A stretch of 64,000 nt of DNA from Mobula hypostoma (lineage: Eukaryota). The stretch is from contig NC_086108.1 in NCBI RefSeq assembly GCF_963921235.1, positions 110,548,001-110,612,000 on the forward strand, read 5' to 3'. The notes under the pieces are model-generated. The model had not been told where the DNA came from. It worked only from the letters and a program-made list of their open reading frames with translations, and ran no database searches. Shown here piece by piece: positions 25,426-39,090 of the stretch; positions within the stretch are counted from its first letter, which is position 1, and the number at the start of each line of letters is the position of its first letter. The translations under genes and the position numbers were made by a program.

Positions 25426-26435
25426 TTAATAATATCCCGGGGCTCCTGACACCGCGTCCCTCACGAAGAGCCCCAGGGAGGGAGTGCGCAGACTTGCCAG
25501 ATATTCCTGATGCGTCCCCCCGCCCTGATCTGATCAGCTGGAGGGTGATCACACACAGATGCAGGAAGCCTTGCTGTGGTGTGGTTGCCGGGAACGCCTC
25601 AGCAAATTGCTTTGAGGTTTGTGGAAAGTTGTGAGGTATTAAGGCCCAGCATCAGTTTTAATATCACTGGCATATGTGGTGAAATTTGTTTTGCGGCAGC
25701 AGTGCATAATAAAACTGTGGATTACAGTAAGAAGTGTATATACATGAAAATTAAGTTAAATGAGTAGCACAGAAAGAGAGGAAAAGAGATGGTGAAGTGT
25801 ATGGTGGGGTCCTTGTCCAGTCAGAAATCTGATGGTGGAGGGGAAGAAGCTGTTCCTGAAGTGTTAGTGTGTTCAGGCTCCTGTACTCCTCCTCGATGCA
25901 GATCGGCACATCTGTAGGGTATTAACGCAAAAGGCATAATGCTAATAGTATCTGTCTGTCAGCCAATGAGATGGGCTTGAGCTGAGGCCTGCGGTCAATT
26001 TACAAAGATTCAAGTTTGTTTATCGCGTGTGCATTGAAACATACGGTGAAATGTGTCTCTTTACGTTAACATCCAACACCCAACAACGTGCTGGGGACAA
26101 GCCCGCAAGAATCACCACACAATCCGGCACCAACGTAGCCCTCAATGAACGCAGACAACAAGACAACAACAGAGACGGCACGGCAGCATAATGGTTAGCA
26201 CAACAGTTTCCAGTGTTCAATTCCTGCCACTGCCTGTAAGAAATCTGTACCTTCTCCCCATGACCGGTTGGGTTTCCTCCCAGTGCTCTGGTTTCCTCCT
26301 TGGTCACTGTAAATGATCCTGTTACTAGGCTAGGATTTAATCGGGGGGTGCTGGGTTCATAGACTTGACTCTGTTCAGTGGGCCTTGGCTTCCAGACTTC
26401 CAACTCAACTCTTGGGCCTCGATCCCAGGACAGAA

Positions 26436-26553
26436 ACTGGCAATGCCCATGCCGTGCTGGAGTAACTGGCAATGCCCATGCAGTGCTGGAGTAACTGGCA
26501 ATGCCCATGCCGTGCTGGAGTAACTGGCAATGCCCATGCCGTGCTGGAGTAAC
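26436..26553 (+). repeat. 29-bp tandem repeat, 4 copies
   Basis: Unit AACTGGCAATGCCCATGCCGTGCTGGAGT, running into a Penelope-terminus remnant. Confidence 0.88.
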
Positions 26554-28766
26554 TCGGCACATCAGGCAGCAGCTGTGGAGAGTAATAAACAGTCAACGTT
26601 TCGGGCCAAGAGCTTTTGTCAAGCTGGAATAAGAAGGTGCGGGAAGGGAAGGAGAACTACCTGGAAGACGATAGGTGAAGCCAGGTGGGTGGGGAGGACA
26701 AAGTAAGAAGCTGGGAGGTGGTAGGTGGAAAGGGTAATGGGCTGAAGAAGGAGGAGTCTGATAGGACAGAAGAGTAGATGCTGGGAGAGTGGGAGAAAGG
26801 GAGGAAGGAGGGTCCGTGATAGATTGCTGAGGAGAAGAGGTGAGAGGCCAGAGTGGGGAATTGAAGAAGAAGGAAGAGGAGGGAGAAATTAATTATTAGG
26901 AGAAATCGATTTCCAGTCCTAATGATGGGTCTTGACCTGAAATGTTGACTGTTTATTCATTTCCCTAGGTGGTGCCAGGCATGCTGAGTTCCTCCAGCAT
27001 ATTGTGTGTGTTGCTCTCGATCTTTAGCATCTGCAGAGTCTCAAACAAGAGATGGATAGAGCTCTTAAAGACAGCAGAATCAAAGGTTATGGGGATAAGG
27101 CAGGAGCTGGATACTGATTGTGGATGAGCAGCCATGAACGAAGTGAATGGCGGTGCTGGCTCGATGGGCCGAATGGCCTATTCCTGCACCTATTGTCTAT
27201 TGTCTGAAATCTGGAGATGCTGGAAACCCAGAGGAACGCACACAAAATGCTGGAGGAACTCAGCAGGCCAGGCAGCGTCAATGGAAAAAAGTACAGTCGA
27301 TGTTTTGGGCTGAGACCCTTCTGCAGAATTTCTTGTGTTTAACAGAAACTGCAGCAACCCCTCTCAGTAAAAGCAGGATAATCCCAGCAGGAAGGGTGGT
27401 GTTGTTTTCAGATAATGTGAAGCTGTTGCACTTCCATTAGTATTGTAGGGATTGACTGGCAGGGGAAATTATCCAATCATCCGTCCGTTCCACATACAAC
27501 TTTACAACCAGATGTGGCTGGAATTTAAACAGTTCTTGCGTCTGGATACATGAAAGGTGTCTTGACTTGACAGAGGTGCAAAAGAAGCATATGGCAGTGG
27601 TATGGTAATGTGGCGGTCAATGTAATGCTGTTACAGCAACTTTCGATCCTGCCGCTCTCTGCAAAAAGGTTGTACGTTCTCTCCGTGAGCGTGTGGGTTT
27701 CCTCCGCGTGCTCTGCTTTCCTCCCACGTTCCACAGGCTTACAGGTTAGTAGGTAATCGGGAACATGGGTGTAATTGACAGTGTGGGCTTGTTGGACCAG
27801 AAGGGTCTGTTACTGTAATGTATCTCTGAATAATTAAAAAATAGAGTGAGTCAACAGCCAGCACCTTCTCCCGTGGCAGAAATGGCTAATACGGGGGGCA
27901 TAATTTTAAGATGATTGGAGGGATATCAGAGGCAGGTTTTTTTTACACAGTGATGGGTGTGTGGAACACCCTGCCAGGCCTGGTGACGGTGGTGGAGGCA
28001 GATACATTTGGGACATTTAAGAGACTCTCGGATAGGCACATGGATGATAGGAAAAAGAAAGGTTAGAATGATTTTAGAGTAGGTTTAAAAGGTCAGCATA
28101 ACATTGTGGGCCGAAGGGCCCGTACTGTGCAGTATGTTCTGTGTTCTATGATACATAGGTTCTGTAGATGTTCTGCCACTTTATTTGTCCGCTGTAAATT
28201 GCCTCTAGTGTGGGTGAGGAGTGGAATCTGGGGCGGGGGGAGTTGATGGAAATGAGGGAGCACGAATAACATGGGACCGGGGTAGGATTGGTGTTGATGA
28301 TTGGCACAAACTCGATGGGCTGAAGGGCTTGTTTCAGTCCGAATATTGTGCTGGGGGCAGCCCGCAAGTGTCACCGTGCTAGCCAAAGAGGAACAACCAT
28401 TGGATCAGCTCCCAGCTCAGAAAGAAGGCAGTCACACAGCTTTGGGCTGTGCCTTCCTGCTCCACAGTCAGCTGTAGTTCCTCCCGTGCTGTTTGCCTGT
28501 CTTCTGCCCTCCAGCTTCCATCGTGTCCGAGTTAGTACCGGATGCAGCAGAGGGCAGCGTGCAGGTGGTATCGTACCAGACCCCACAGTGCAGTGTGCCA
28601 ACTACAGTTAGTGCACAGCCAGCAAGCGAGTGTTCTCCTCACCGCCGACAGTCTGCTCTTACACAGAGACCATGTCTGATCAAATTAATCGGGGGAGATC
28701 TGTAGCCAGCCCTGAACACATGCTAGACCAGTTCAAAGTTGAAAGTGAATTTATTACCAAAGTATA

Positions 28767-29111
28767 CGAGGGGTGATTGATAAGTTTGTGGCCTAAGGTA
28801 GAAGGAGTCAATTTTAGAAAACCTAGCACATTTACTTTTCAACATAGTGCCCTCCTAACATGTACACACTTAGTCCAGAGGTCGTGGAACATACGGATCC
28901 CTTCTTTGTAGAATTTGGCGTCTTGGACCTCCAGAAAGTGTCCACAGCAGGGGTGATGGATAAGTTCGTGGCCTAAGGTAGAAGGAGATGAGTTACACAG
29001 CTCTTGTTACATGCACGTGCAGTTCAACTCTTTGAGTGATCATGCAGAAAGTTTGAAGTTAATAACTCATCTCCGTCTACTTTAGGCCACAAACTTATCA
29101 ATCACCCCTCG
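28767..29111. mobile_element. Tc1/mariner-type MITE
   Basis: About 40-bp terminal inverted repeats (CGAGGGGTGATTGATAAGTTTGTGGCCTAA...), TA on both flanks, and a third internal TIR copy at about 28950-28990. Confidence 0.88.
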
Positions 29112-32100
29112 TATGTATGTCTCTATATCCAACCCTGAGATTCTGTTGCTTGCAAGCTTTCACAGCGAATACAAAGAAACAAAGCAAAATAGTAATTTAA
29201 TAAGATGACAAAGAAGAAAATAAGCAGTAAACATCAAGGACATGAGATGAAGAGTCTTTGAAAGGGAATCCATAGATTGTGGGAAAATGTCAATGCTGGG
29301 GCAAGTGAAGTTATCCCCTCTGATTGAGGAGCCTGATGGTTGAGGGGTAATAACTGTTTCTGAACCTGGTGATGTGGGTCCTGAGGCTCCTGTACCTCCT
29401 TCCTGATGGCAACAGTGAGAAGAGAGCCTGGCCTGGGTGGTGGGGGGTCCCTGATGATGGATGCTGCTTTCCTGCGACAGTGCTTCCCGTAGACATGCTC
29501 AGTGGCATGGGAGGGCTTTACACGTGATTACCGAGGAATCTGAAGTTGCAGACCAACTCACGGTGACACTGACACCATTTGCAATTTGCAAAAGGGGGAA
29601 AAGATCGAATGTTTAAAATCTGTATTGGTAGCTGAAGAAATACTGAACTGAAGTCCCTCTGTACAACCCAAGCCTTCCTGTCTTGCTTGTACTTTGTAGC
29701 TCATAACTTGCACAGTGTCTATAAGTGTTTTTTTTGGACTAGTACACCTTTTATTTCAGTTGGAACAAATGATCCTCTGTCTCCCCTCATGGCTCTTTCT
29801 GTGCTCTTTGGAAGAGTTGACTACAACTCCTATGAGAGAGACCTTGCAGTAAAGTGCTGATGACCTCTGCCCTCGTGCTTTGTATGTGTGAGGAATGTTA
29901 AGTTATGATTTTTTGTGTGTATATTGCAGACTTTATCAACATATTGTAACCAGTCATCTCAAAATACAGATGTACATTCAAAGTATTTATACTTCTTGCT
30001 TAAGAGAGAAAATGTTATATTGATTTTTTTTTTAATAATAAGTGCTGGTGAAATATGTGTCCTGCCTGGTCTTTTGAGAACTGCAAGTGTACACCATGGA
30101 GGGTGGTCATGCGTTCGTTCTTCCTCCTGGTTTCGGGCAGATGGGGGTTGTCAGCCATGGAGACAGCAAACTCTGATCGCAAACCTCCGCTGCCTTGTGT
30201 CTATACCTGCACTTGAGGAAGGCTTCGGGAGTAAACCCTGAGGAAGAATCTGGAGCTGTAGTCCCTAAGGCAGTCCAACGTTGACCTCAAGGGTGACTGG
30301 CAACTCCCGCGATGCTGCTGGTGCCAAACTGTATCGGCCTCTGCCGTTCCTTTGGGTTCATCAGCCGTGTGGAGAGCGGGAGCCCGCTGCACGGGCAACA
30401 GCTTGCTCTGCATATCGTACTGCCCTGGCTGGCATATTGCGTAGACAGCTGGGACCGAGCATCGATGGTCGACGTGGACCAACAGAGAGGCCTCAAGTTC
30501 CCTCCTGGTCGACTTGGCCCATATTCCCTTCGTGTGATTCCAATTTATCACCTGTACATCGAAACATACAGTGACCAACCAACACAACCCAAGGATGACC
30601 CAGGGACAGTGTGCAAGTGTACAGTACAACACAGTAAAGGTCCTTCGGCCCACACTGTCGTCCTGACCCATTCACCTACTCTAAGGTCAATCTAACCCTT
30701 CCCTCCCGCAGAGCTCTCCACTTCTCTATCATCCATGTGCTTATCTAGCAGTCACATCATTGTCTGCGGTGTATCTGCTCTACCACTACCCTGGGCAGTG
30801 CGTTCCATGCACCCACTAGTGTTTGTGTTTTTTAAAAAAAAGACCTATCTCTGACACCTTCCCCCGCCCCCACCCCCCCGTACTTCCCTCTAATCACCTT
30901 AAATGATGCCCCGGTTAAAGCCATTTTGTTCTGGGAAAAAGTCTCTGGCTGTCCACCCAATCAATGCCTCTTATCCTTGTGTACACCTCTATCAAGTCAC
31001 CTCTCATCCTCCTCCGTTTCAAAGAGAAAAGCCCTAATTGACCCTCATCTACATAAGACATGCTCCATAATCCAAGCAGCATTCTGGTAAATCTCTGCAC
31101 CTTCTCGAAAGCTTCCACAACCCTCCTATAATGAGGCGAACAGAATGTGAAAATTTCCCAACAAGAACGTACCACGAGACTCAAGACGGCTTTTATCCCA
31201 CTGTGACATGACTATTTAACGATCTCTTCACACAATAAAGATGACCTCTTCACCTCTCATTCTCCCTTGTGGCCCTTGTTTCTTATTGTCTACCTGCACT
31301 GCACTTTCTCTGAAACTCTTAACACCGTTCTGCATCCTGATTTTTGTTTTGACTGCTTCGATGTATATGCAATGATCTGTCTGGATTGCATGCAAACAAA
31401 AGCTTTTCATTGTATCTCGATGTATGCTTGGTGGCCATTTCAGTAATGCAAATATCTAACGTGGCAGCAACTCGATGCATAAAAGCATGCGAACATGGTC
31501 AACAGGGTCAGTTATTGTTCAGACCAAACATCAGAATGGGGGAAGAAATGTGATCTAAGTGACCTTTGACCGTGGAATGATTGTTGGTGTCAGACAGGGT
31601 AGTTTGAGTATCTCAGAAACTGCTGATCTCCTGGGATTTTCATGCAGGACAGTGGCTAGAGTCCACAGAGAATGGTGCAGAAAAAAAATCCACTGAGTGA
31701 CAAAAATCTGTGGGTGAAAATGTCTTGTTAATACTCAGAGGAGAATGGCCAGACTGGTTCAAGGTGACAGCAATTCAAATATCCACACGTTACAGCACTG
31801 GTGTGCAGAAGAGCATCATACGTTGAAGACACGTCAACAGGAGACTGCAAACGTGTGCTCAGCGGCAACTTTATTTGGTACAGGAGACAAGTTTTAGAGT
31901 AATTTCTCAGTCTTACAGATCTATTCCTGGGGGAGGGGGGTTGTTGTATAGAGAGGGATTAATCTTGCTCCAGAATTCATTGAAACTAATTGAAATGTAC
32001 AAACTTCGAGTTCAAAATGTAATGGGACCTTGTAAACTTTTGCTATTTTTGCACGTTTTATGGTCTCTTTATACATCTTGTTAGATTACTGTTGTATTCT

Positions 32101-33714
32101 GTTTTAATCAATTTTGTGGTGCTCTTTTGTGAATGATTCACAAACAAAATATTTTTACTGTACCTAGGTCCACATTACAATTGTAGATTCATTTCCATCT
32201 ACCCCAGTTGTCACGTTTTCTAAACAATAATATTCCTCTCTCAGCTCCTGTATACACTTCCTTTTAACGAGGTAAAGGAATCAGAATCAGGATTTACTCC
32301 ATAAACCAGGGGTTTCCAAACTTTTTTTTTTGTGCCACGGACGCCTACCATTAACCAAAGGGTCAGTACACCTCAGGCTGGGAGCCCCTCATCCAAACAT
32401 TCGGCAGGTGAGATGTGTGCAAATAGGTGATCTGCAGTTTTCAATTCTGCCACTAGAGGGAGAACCCTTCTGCGAAGACCATTCATGATCTTAGGTGTTT
32501 CAGGATCGGGTTTATTATCAGCGGCATGTGCTGTGGAATTTGTTTTGCGGCAGCAATACATTGTAATGCATAATTTAAAAAAAAACAAATTACAGTTATA
32601 TTTTTATTTGGAAAAATTAAATAAATCGTGCAAAGAGAGGGAAGAAAAGATCGTGAGGTAGTGTCATGGGATCATTGTCCATTCACAAATCTGATGGCGA
32701 AGGGTAAGAGGCTGTTCCTGAGTTGTTAAGTGTGTGTCTTCAGGTTCCTGTACTTCCTTCATGGTAACAATAAGAGGAGTGCTTGCCCTGGGTGATGGGG
32801 ACCTTAATGTGTCTTTTTGAGGCATAGCACATTGAAGATACCCTGGATGCTGGGGGAGTCTGCAATTTCCTGCAGCCTATTTTGATCCCATGCAGTGTGT
32901 ACACCCCCATGCCAGACGGTGATGCAGCCCGTTAGAATGCTCTGTAAAAACTTGCAAGTGTGTTTGATGGTACACCAAATCTCCTCAAAATCCTAATGAA
33001 TATAGCCACTTTCGTGCTTTCTTTGTAACTGCAAAGTAACATGCTCACCCTTTCCAGTGCTGACCCCCCGATGATGACTCGTCAGCCAAGCCTCCTCCCT
33101 CTTCTAAACCACAGGCCCAGTTTGTCCATTTTTTTTCCATGTCTTATGAAGATACATTGAACGAGCTGGGGTTTTTCTCTTTGTGGAGGAGGAGGATGAG
33201 AGGTGACTTGATAGAGGTGTACAAGACGATAAGGGGCCTAGATCGAGTGGGTAGCCAGAGCCCAGAGCCGAAGTGGCTAATATGAGAGGGCAAAACTTGA
33301 AGGTGATGGGAGGAAAGTTTAGGGAAGATGTCAGAGGTTAGATTTTTACACAGAGAATGGCGGGTGCATAGAATGCCCTGCCAGGGGTGGTAGTAGAGGC
33401 AGATACGTTAGAGAGACTCTTAGATAGGCATATGGATGATAGAAAAATAAAAGGTTATGTGGGATGGAAGGGTTAGAATGATCTTATAGTAGGTTAAAAG
33501 GTTGGTACAACATTGTGGCCAAAAGGCCTGTATTGTGCTGTGATGTTCTATGTTCCGTGATGTCCATTTGCTTTTAACCAAAATCATTTTGTCTTTTATT
33601 TGCATGTTTGCACTTTATCCCCTGTAAAGCTCTTTGAATTACATCGTCCGTGTGAAAAATGCTGTATAAATAGATTATTAGTAGTAATATTAATGCTAGT
33701 ATTGATTTCTGTTG

Positions 33715-34000
33715 TAGATTGGGGAACACTTTATTGAGCACCTCTCTCTGCTCCATCTGCCAAAAGTGGAACGTCCTCGTGGCCAAACATTTTAATTTCT
33801 ATCCCCATTCCCGTCCTCACATGTTGGTCCACGGCCTCCTCTTGTTGCATGATGAGGCCACCCTCAGGGTGGAGGAGCAACACCTCTGCGTAGCCTCCAA
33901 CCTGACGTCGTGAATATTGAATTCTCTTTCCAGTAAACAAATTTTTCTCTCCCCTTTCCCTCTTCTGTTTCCCACTCTGACCTCTTACATCTTCTCACCT
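33715..34000 (+). mobile_element. Old degenerate Penelope GIY-YIG remnant hosting the two nested insertions
   Basis: Peptide VAKHFN...VHGLL...DEATLRVEEQHL is similar to the younger copies. Confidence 0.7.
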
Positions 34001-34229
34001 AAACACAAAATATTCTGCAGATGCTGGGGTCAAAGCAACACTCACAACACGCTGGAGGAACTCAGCAGGTCGGATAGCATCCGTGGAAAAGATCGGTCGA
34101 TGTTTCGGGCCGGAACCCTTCGTCAGGACTGTAGCGGGAAGGGGCAGAGGCCCTATAAAGAAGGTGGGGGGAGGGTGGGAAGGAGAAGGCTGGTAGGTTC
34201 CAGGTGAAAAACCAGTAAGGGGAAAGACC
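34001..34229 (-). mobile_element. Short Penelope 3'-terminal fragment of a different subfamily
   Basis: Penelope terminus with hammerhead-like CTGACGA...GAAAC on -. 11-bp TSD TCTTCTCACCT (33990-34000, 34230-34240). Confidence 0.75.
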
Positions 34230-34264
34230 TCTTCTCACCTGCCTATCACCTCCCCCTGGTACCC

Positions 34265-35372
34265 AACCAACAGCATTCTGCAGATGCTGGAAATTCAAGC
34301 AACACACATCAAAGTTGCTGGTGAACGTAGCAGGCCAGGCAGCATCTCTAGGAAGAGGTGCAGTCGACGTTTCAGGCCGAGACCCTTGGTCAGGACTAAC
34401 TGAAGGAAGGGTGAGTAAGAGATTCCGTAACTTCCGCCACTTCCAACGGGATCCCACCACTAAGCACATCTTTCCCTGCCCCCCCTCTGCTTTCCGCCGG
34501 GATCGCTCCCTACGCGACTCCCTTGTCCATTCGCCCCCCCCCCCATCCCTCCCCACTGATCTCCCTCCTGGCACTTATCTGCGTAAGCGGAACAAGTGCT
34601 ACACATGCCCTTACACTTCCTCCCTTACCACCATTCAGAGCCCCAAACAGTCCTGCCAGGTGAGGCAACACTTCACCTGTGAGTCGGCTGGGGTGATATA
34701 CTGCGTCCAGTGCTCCCGATGTGGCCTTTTATATATTGGCGAGACCCGACGCAGACTGGGAGACCGCTTTGCTGAACATCTACGCTCTGTCCGCCAGAGA
34801 AAGCAGGATCTCCCAGTGGCCACACATTTTAATTCCACATCCCATTCCCATTCTGACATGTCTATCCACGGCCTCCTCTACTGTAAAGATGAAGCCACAC
34901 TCAGGTTGGAGGAACAACACCTTGTATTCCGTCTGGGTAGCCTCCAACCTGATGGCATGAACATCGACTTCTCTAACTTCAGCTAATGCCCCAACTCCCC
35001 CTCGTACCCCATCTGTTACTTATTTTTATACACACATTCTTTCTCTCACTCTCCTTTATCTCCCTCTGCCCCTCTGACTATACCCCTTGCCCATCCTCTG
35101 GGCTCCCCCCCCCCCGTCTTTCTTCCCAGACCTCCTGTCCCATGATCCTCTTGTATCCCCTTTGCCAATCACCTGTCCAGCTCTTGGTTCTATCCCTCCC
35201 CCTCCTGTCTTCTATCATTTTGGATCTTCCCCTCCCCCTCCAACTTTCAAACCTCTTACTCACTCTTCCTTCAGTTAGTCCTGACGAAGGGTCTCGGCCT
35301 GAAATGTCGACTGTACCTCTTCCTAGAGATGCTGCCTGGCCTGCTGCGTTCACCAGCAACTTTGATGTGTGT
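34265..35372 (+). mobile_element. 5'-truncated Penelope-like element (GIY-YIG end) with inverted terminal arm, nested in an older Penelope remnant
   Basis: ORF 34315-34986 encodes the GIY-YIG domain. Inverted copy of the terminus at about 34270-34420. 12-bp TSD CCCCTGGTACCC (34253-34264, 35373-35384). Confidence 0.88.
35276..35313 (+). ncRNA. Hammerhead motif in Penelope terminus (CTGACGA...GAAAT variant)
   Basis: Sequence agtcctgacgaagggtctcggcctgaaatgtcgact. Confidence 0.6.
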
Positions 35373-36004
35373 CCCCTGGTACCCCTCCCTTTCTCCCATG
35401 GTCCAATCATTAATAACTTAAATTCAATAATTAATAATCGTTTACCTCTTCAAGAGGAAGCGGGCGCAGGAGTTGAGGGAGGGCGATCATTGATTTTAAA
35501 AGGTGACATGTAACTGGGGTAGACGGGAATGTATTTATAATTGTGATGTGTAGAGAGATACAGTAAAAATCTTTTGTTTGCAATACCATCCAGGCCGATT
35601 GTTCAGCAAAAGAGCAAAATAAAATTGATTAGATAGGGTGAAGTAGAACAAAACAGTAATCTGGCAAGATGTATGAAACAGACCATAAAACTGTCTGCAG
35701 ATATGTAGAAATTTACAAGGGCCTTTAAATTTTAAACTCTTAATTCTTAATAATTTAGATCTATTTTAACTGGCTTTAAAAATCCCTGATAATAGGAGAC
35801 ATTACAATAAACAGCCCACTGGTAAGAAAAGAAGGACTGGAACTATGTACACAGCAGGACAATATCCCAGCTGCTATGTTAATTAGTTATAGACTCACAG
35901 TTCACAACAGCACAGAAACAGGCCCTTTGGCCCATCTAGAAAGTGCTGAAGTGTGACAACAAAGGTCAGCTCAACATTGTAGGCCCATTGGCCTGTACTG
36001 TCCT

Positions 36005-36515
36005 ACACCCAATGACCGCTTCATTAGGTACCTCGTTAATGCAAATATCTAATCAGCCAATAATGTGGCAGCAAATCAATGCATAAAAGCATACGGGCAT
36101 GGTCAAGAGGTTCAGACCAAACATTAGAATGGGGAGAAATGTGATCTAAGTGACTTTGCCTGTGGAATGATTGTTGGTACCAGACGGGGTGGTTTGAGTC
36201 TCTCAGAATCCGCTGATCTGGAGTTTACAGAGATTGGTGTGGAAAACAAACAAAAAAGAATCCAGTGAGTGGCAGTTCTGTGGGTGAAAATGCCTTGATA
36301 GTGAGAGAGGTCAGAGGAGAGTGGCCAGACCATTTCAAGCTGAAGGTTTCAGTAACTCAACCGCACATTACAACAGTGGTACCGAAGGGCATCTGTGGAT
36401 GCACAGCATGTTGAACCTTGGAGTGGGTGGGCTACAGTCGTGGAAGACCACGAACATACACTTAGTGGCCACTATTAGGTACAGGAGGTCGTGAATAAAG
36501 TGGCCACTAACTGTG
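36005..36515. mobile_element. Tc1-like non-autonomous DNA transposon (related pieces at about 40-165 and 31430-31885)
   Basis: Degenerate cagtggccactttattaggtac-type termini. Internal sequence shared with 31430-31885. Confidence 0.6.
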
Positions 36516-36769
36516 TGTTCTAACGTACTGAACATGGAGTTGGTGACAGGAGAAAGCTTAGCGAATAACACTGTAGTCAACATTTAACCCACAATCTTGA
36601 ACAATCACACTTTACCATAAGACATAAGAAATAGGCCATTTGGCCTATCTGCTCTGCCATTCCAGCATAGCTGATTTATTCCCCCCCCATAACCTTTGAC
36701 ATCCTGACAGTGCATTGCAGTGCATTGTGTATAAAGCTAGGTAGGGAGTTTAAACACCTTCTCAGGGGT

Positions 36770-39090
36770 TTAGATGGGGTGGAGTTTGTTAGGTGTGTTC
36801 AGGAAGGTTTCTTGGCACAAGAAGAGAGGCTGTACTTGATCTGGTATTGGGAAGCGAACCTGCTCAGGTGTCAGGTCTCGCAGTGGGACAGCATTTTGGA
36901 GATTGTGATCAGAATTCTATCTCCTTTACCACAACATTGGAGGGGATAGGAACAGACAAGTTAGGAAAGTGTTTAATTGTCGTAAGGGGAAATATGAAAC
37001 TATAAGGCAGGAACTTTGGAAGGATAAATTGGGAACAGATGTTCTCAGGGAAATGTAAGGCAGAAGTGTGGCAAATGTTCAGGGGATATTTGTGTGGAGT
37101 TCTGCAAAGGGATGTTCCAATGAAACAGGGAAAAGGTGGTAGGGTATAGGAACTGTGGTGCACAATGGCTGTTGTAAATCTAGTCAAGAAGAAAAGAAAA
37201 GCTTATGAAAGATTCAAAAAACTAGATAATGATAGAGATCTAGAAGATTGTAAGGCTAGTAGGAAGGAGTTTAAGAATGAAATTAGGAGAGCCAGAAGGA
37301 GCCATGAGAAGGCCTTGGCAAGCAGGATTAAGGAAAACCCCAAGGCATTCTACAGTTATGTGAAGAGCAAGAGGATAAGACATGAGAGAATAGGGCTAAT
37401 CAAGTGTGACAGTGGAAAAGTGTGTATGGAACCAGAGGAGATAGCGGAGATACTTAATGAGTACTTTGCTTCAGTATTCACTACGGAAAAGGATCTTGGC
37501 GATTGTTGGGATGATTTAGAGCGGATTGAAAAGCTCGAGCGTATAGACATTAAGAAAGATGTGCTGGAGCTTTTGGAAAGCATCAAGTTGGATAAGTCTC
37601 CGGGACCAAATGAGATGTACCACAGACTACTATGAGAGGCTGAGCCTCTGGCAATGATCTTTGCATCATCAATGGGGACAGGAGAGGTTCCAGAGGATTG
37701 GAGGGTTGCAGATGTTGTTCCATTATTCAAGAAAGGGAGTAGAGATATCCCAGGAAATTATAGACCTGTGAGTCTTACTTCAGTGGTGGGCAAGTTGTTG
37801 GAGAAGATCCTGAGAAGCAGGATTTATGAATATTTGGAGAGGCATAATATGATTAGGAATAGTCAACATAGCTTTGTCAAAGGCAGGTCATGCCTTATGA
37901 GCCTGATTAAATTTTTTGAGGATGTGACTAAACACTTTGATGAAGGTAGAGCAGTAGAGGTAGTGTATGTAGATTTCAGCAAGGCATTTGACAAGGTACC
38001 CCATGCAAGGGTTATTGAGAAAGTAAGGAGGCATGGGATCCATGGGGACCTTGCTTTGTAGATCCAGAATTGGCTTGCCCACAAAAGGCAGAGTGGTTGT
38101 AGACGGGTCATTTTCTGCATGGAGGTCGGTGATCAGTGGTGTGCCTCAGGGATCTGTTCTGGGACCCCAACTCTTTGTGATTTGTATAATTGACCTGGAT
38201 GAGGAGGTGGAGGGATGGGTTAGTAAATTTGCTGAATACACAAAGGTTGGGGGTGTTTTGGATGATGTGGGGTGCTGTCATAGGTTACAGTGGGTCATTG
38301 ATAGGATGCAAAACCGGGCTGAGAAGTGGCAGATGGAGTTCAACCCAGATAAGTGTGAGGTAATTCATTTTAGTAGGTCAAATATGATTGCAGAATATAG
38401 TATTAATGGTAAGACTCTTGGCAGCGTGGAGGATCAGAGAGATCTTGGGGTCTGAGTCCATAGGTCACTCAAAGCTGCTGCGTTGGTTGACTCTGTGGTT
38501 AAGAAGGCATACGGTGCATTGGCCTTCATCAACTGTGGGATTGAGTTTAGGAGCTGAGAGGTAATGTTGCAGCTATATAGGACCCTGGTCAGACCCCACT
38601 TGGAGTACTGTGCTCAGTTCTGGTCACCTCACCACAGGAAGGATGTGGAAGCCATAGAAAGGGTGCAGAGGAGATTTACAGGGATGTTGCCTGGATTGGG
38701 GGGCATGCCTCATGAAAATAGGTTGAGTGAACTCAACCTTTTCTCCTTGGAGCAACGGAAGATGAGAGGTGACCTGATAGAGGTGTATAAGATGATGAGA
38801 GGCATTGATTTTTGTGGATAGTCAGAGGCTTTCTCCCAGGGCTGAATTGGCTAGCATGAGAGGGCATAGTTTTAAGGTGCTTGGAAGCAGGTACAGAGGA
38901 GATGTCAGGGGTGAGTTTTTTACTCAGAGAGTGGTGAGTGCATGGAATGGGCTGCCAGCGACAGTGGTGGAGGCGGATATGATAGGGTCTTTTAAGAGAC
39001 TCCTGGGTAGGTACATGGAGCTTAGAAAAATAGAGGGCTACGGGTGACCCTTGGTAATTTCTAAAGTAAGTACATGTTCGGCATAGGTTT
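36770..39090 (+). mobile_element. Decayed CR1-clade LINE
   Basis: ORFs 37165-39047: KENPKAFY, KSPGP, NYRPVSLTSVVGK, DFSKAFDKVPH, SGVPQGSVLGP, LVRPHLEYC. Confidence 0.92.

Noticed and set aside
26436..26553. 29-bp repeats as a CRISPR-like array
   Set aside because: The units are head-to-tail with no spacers, in a vertebrate context. It is a simple tandem repeat.
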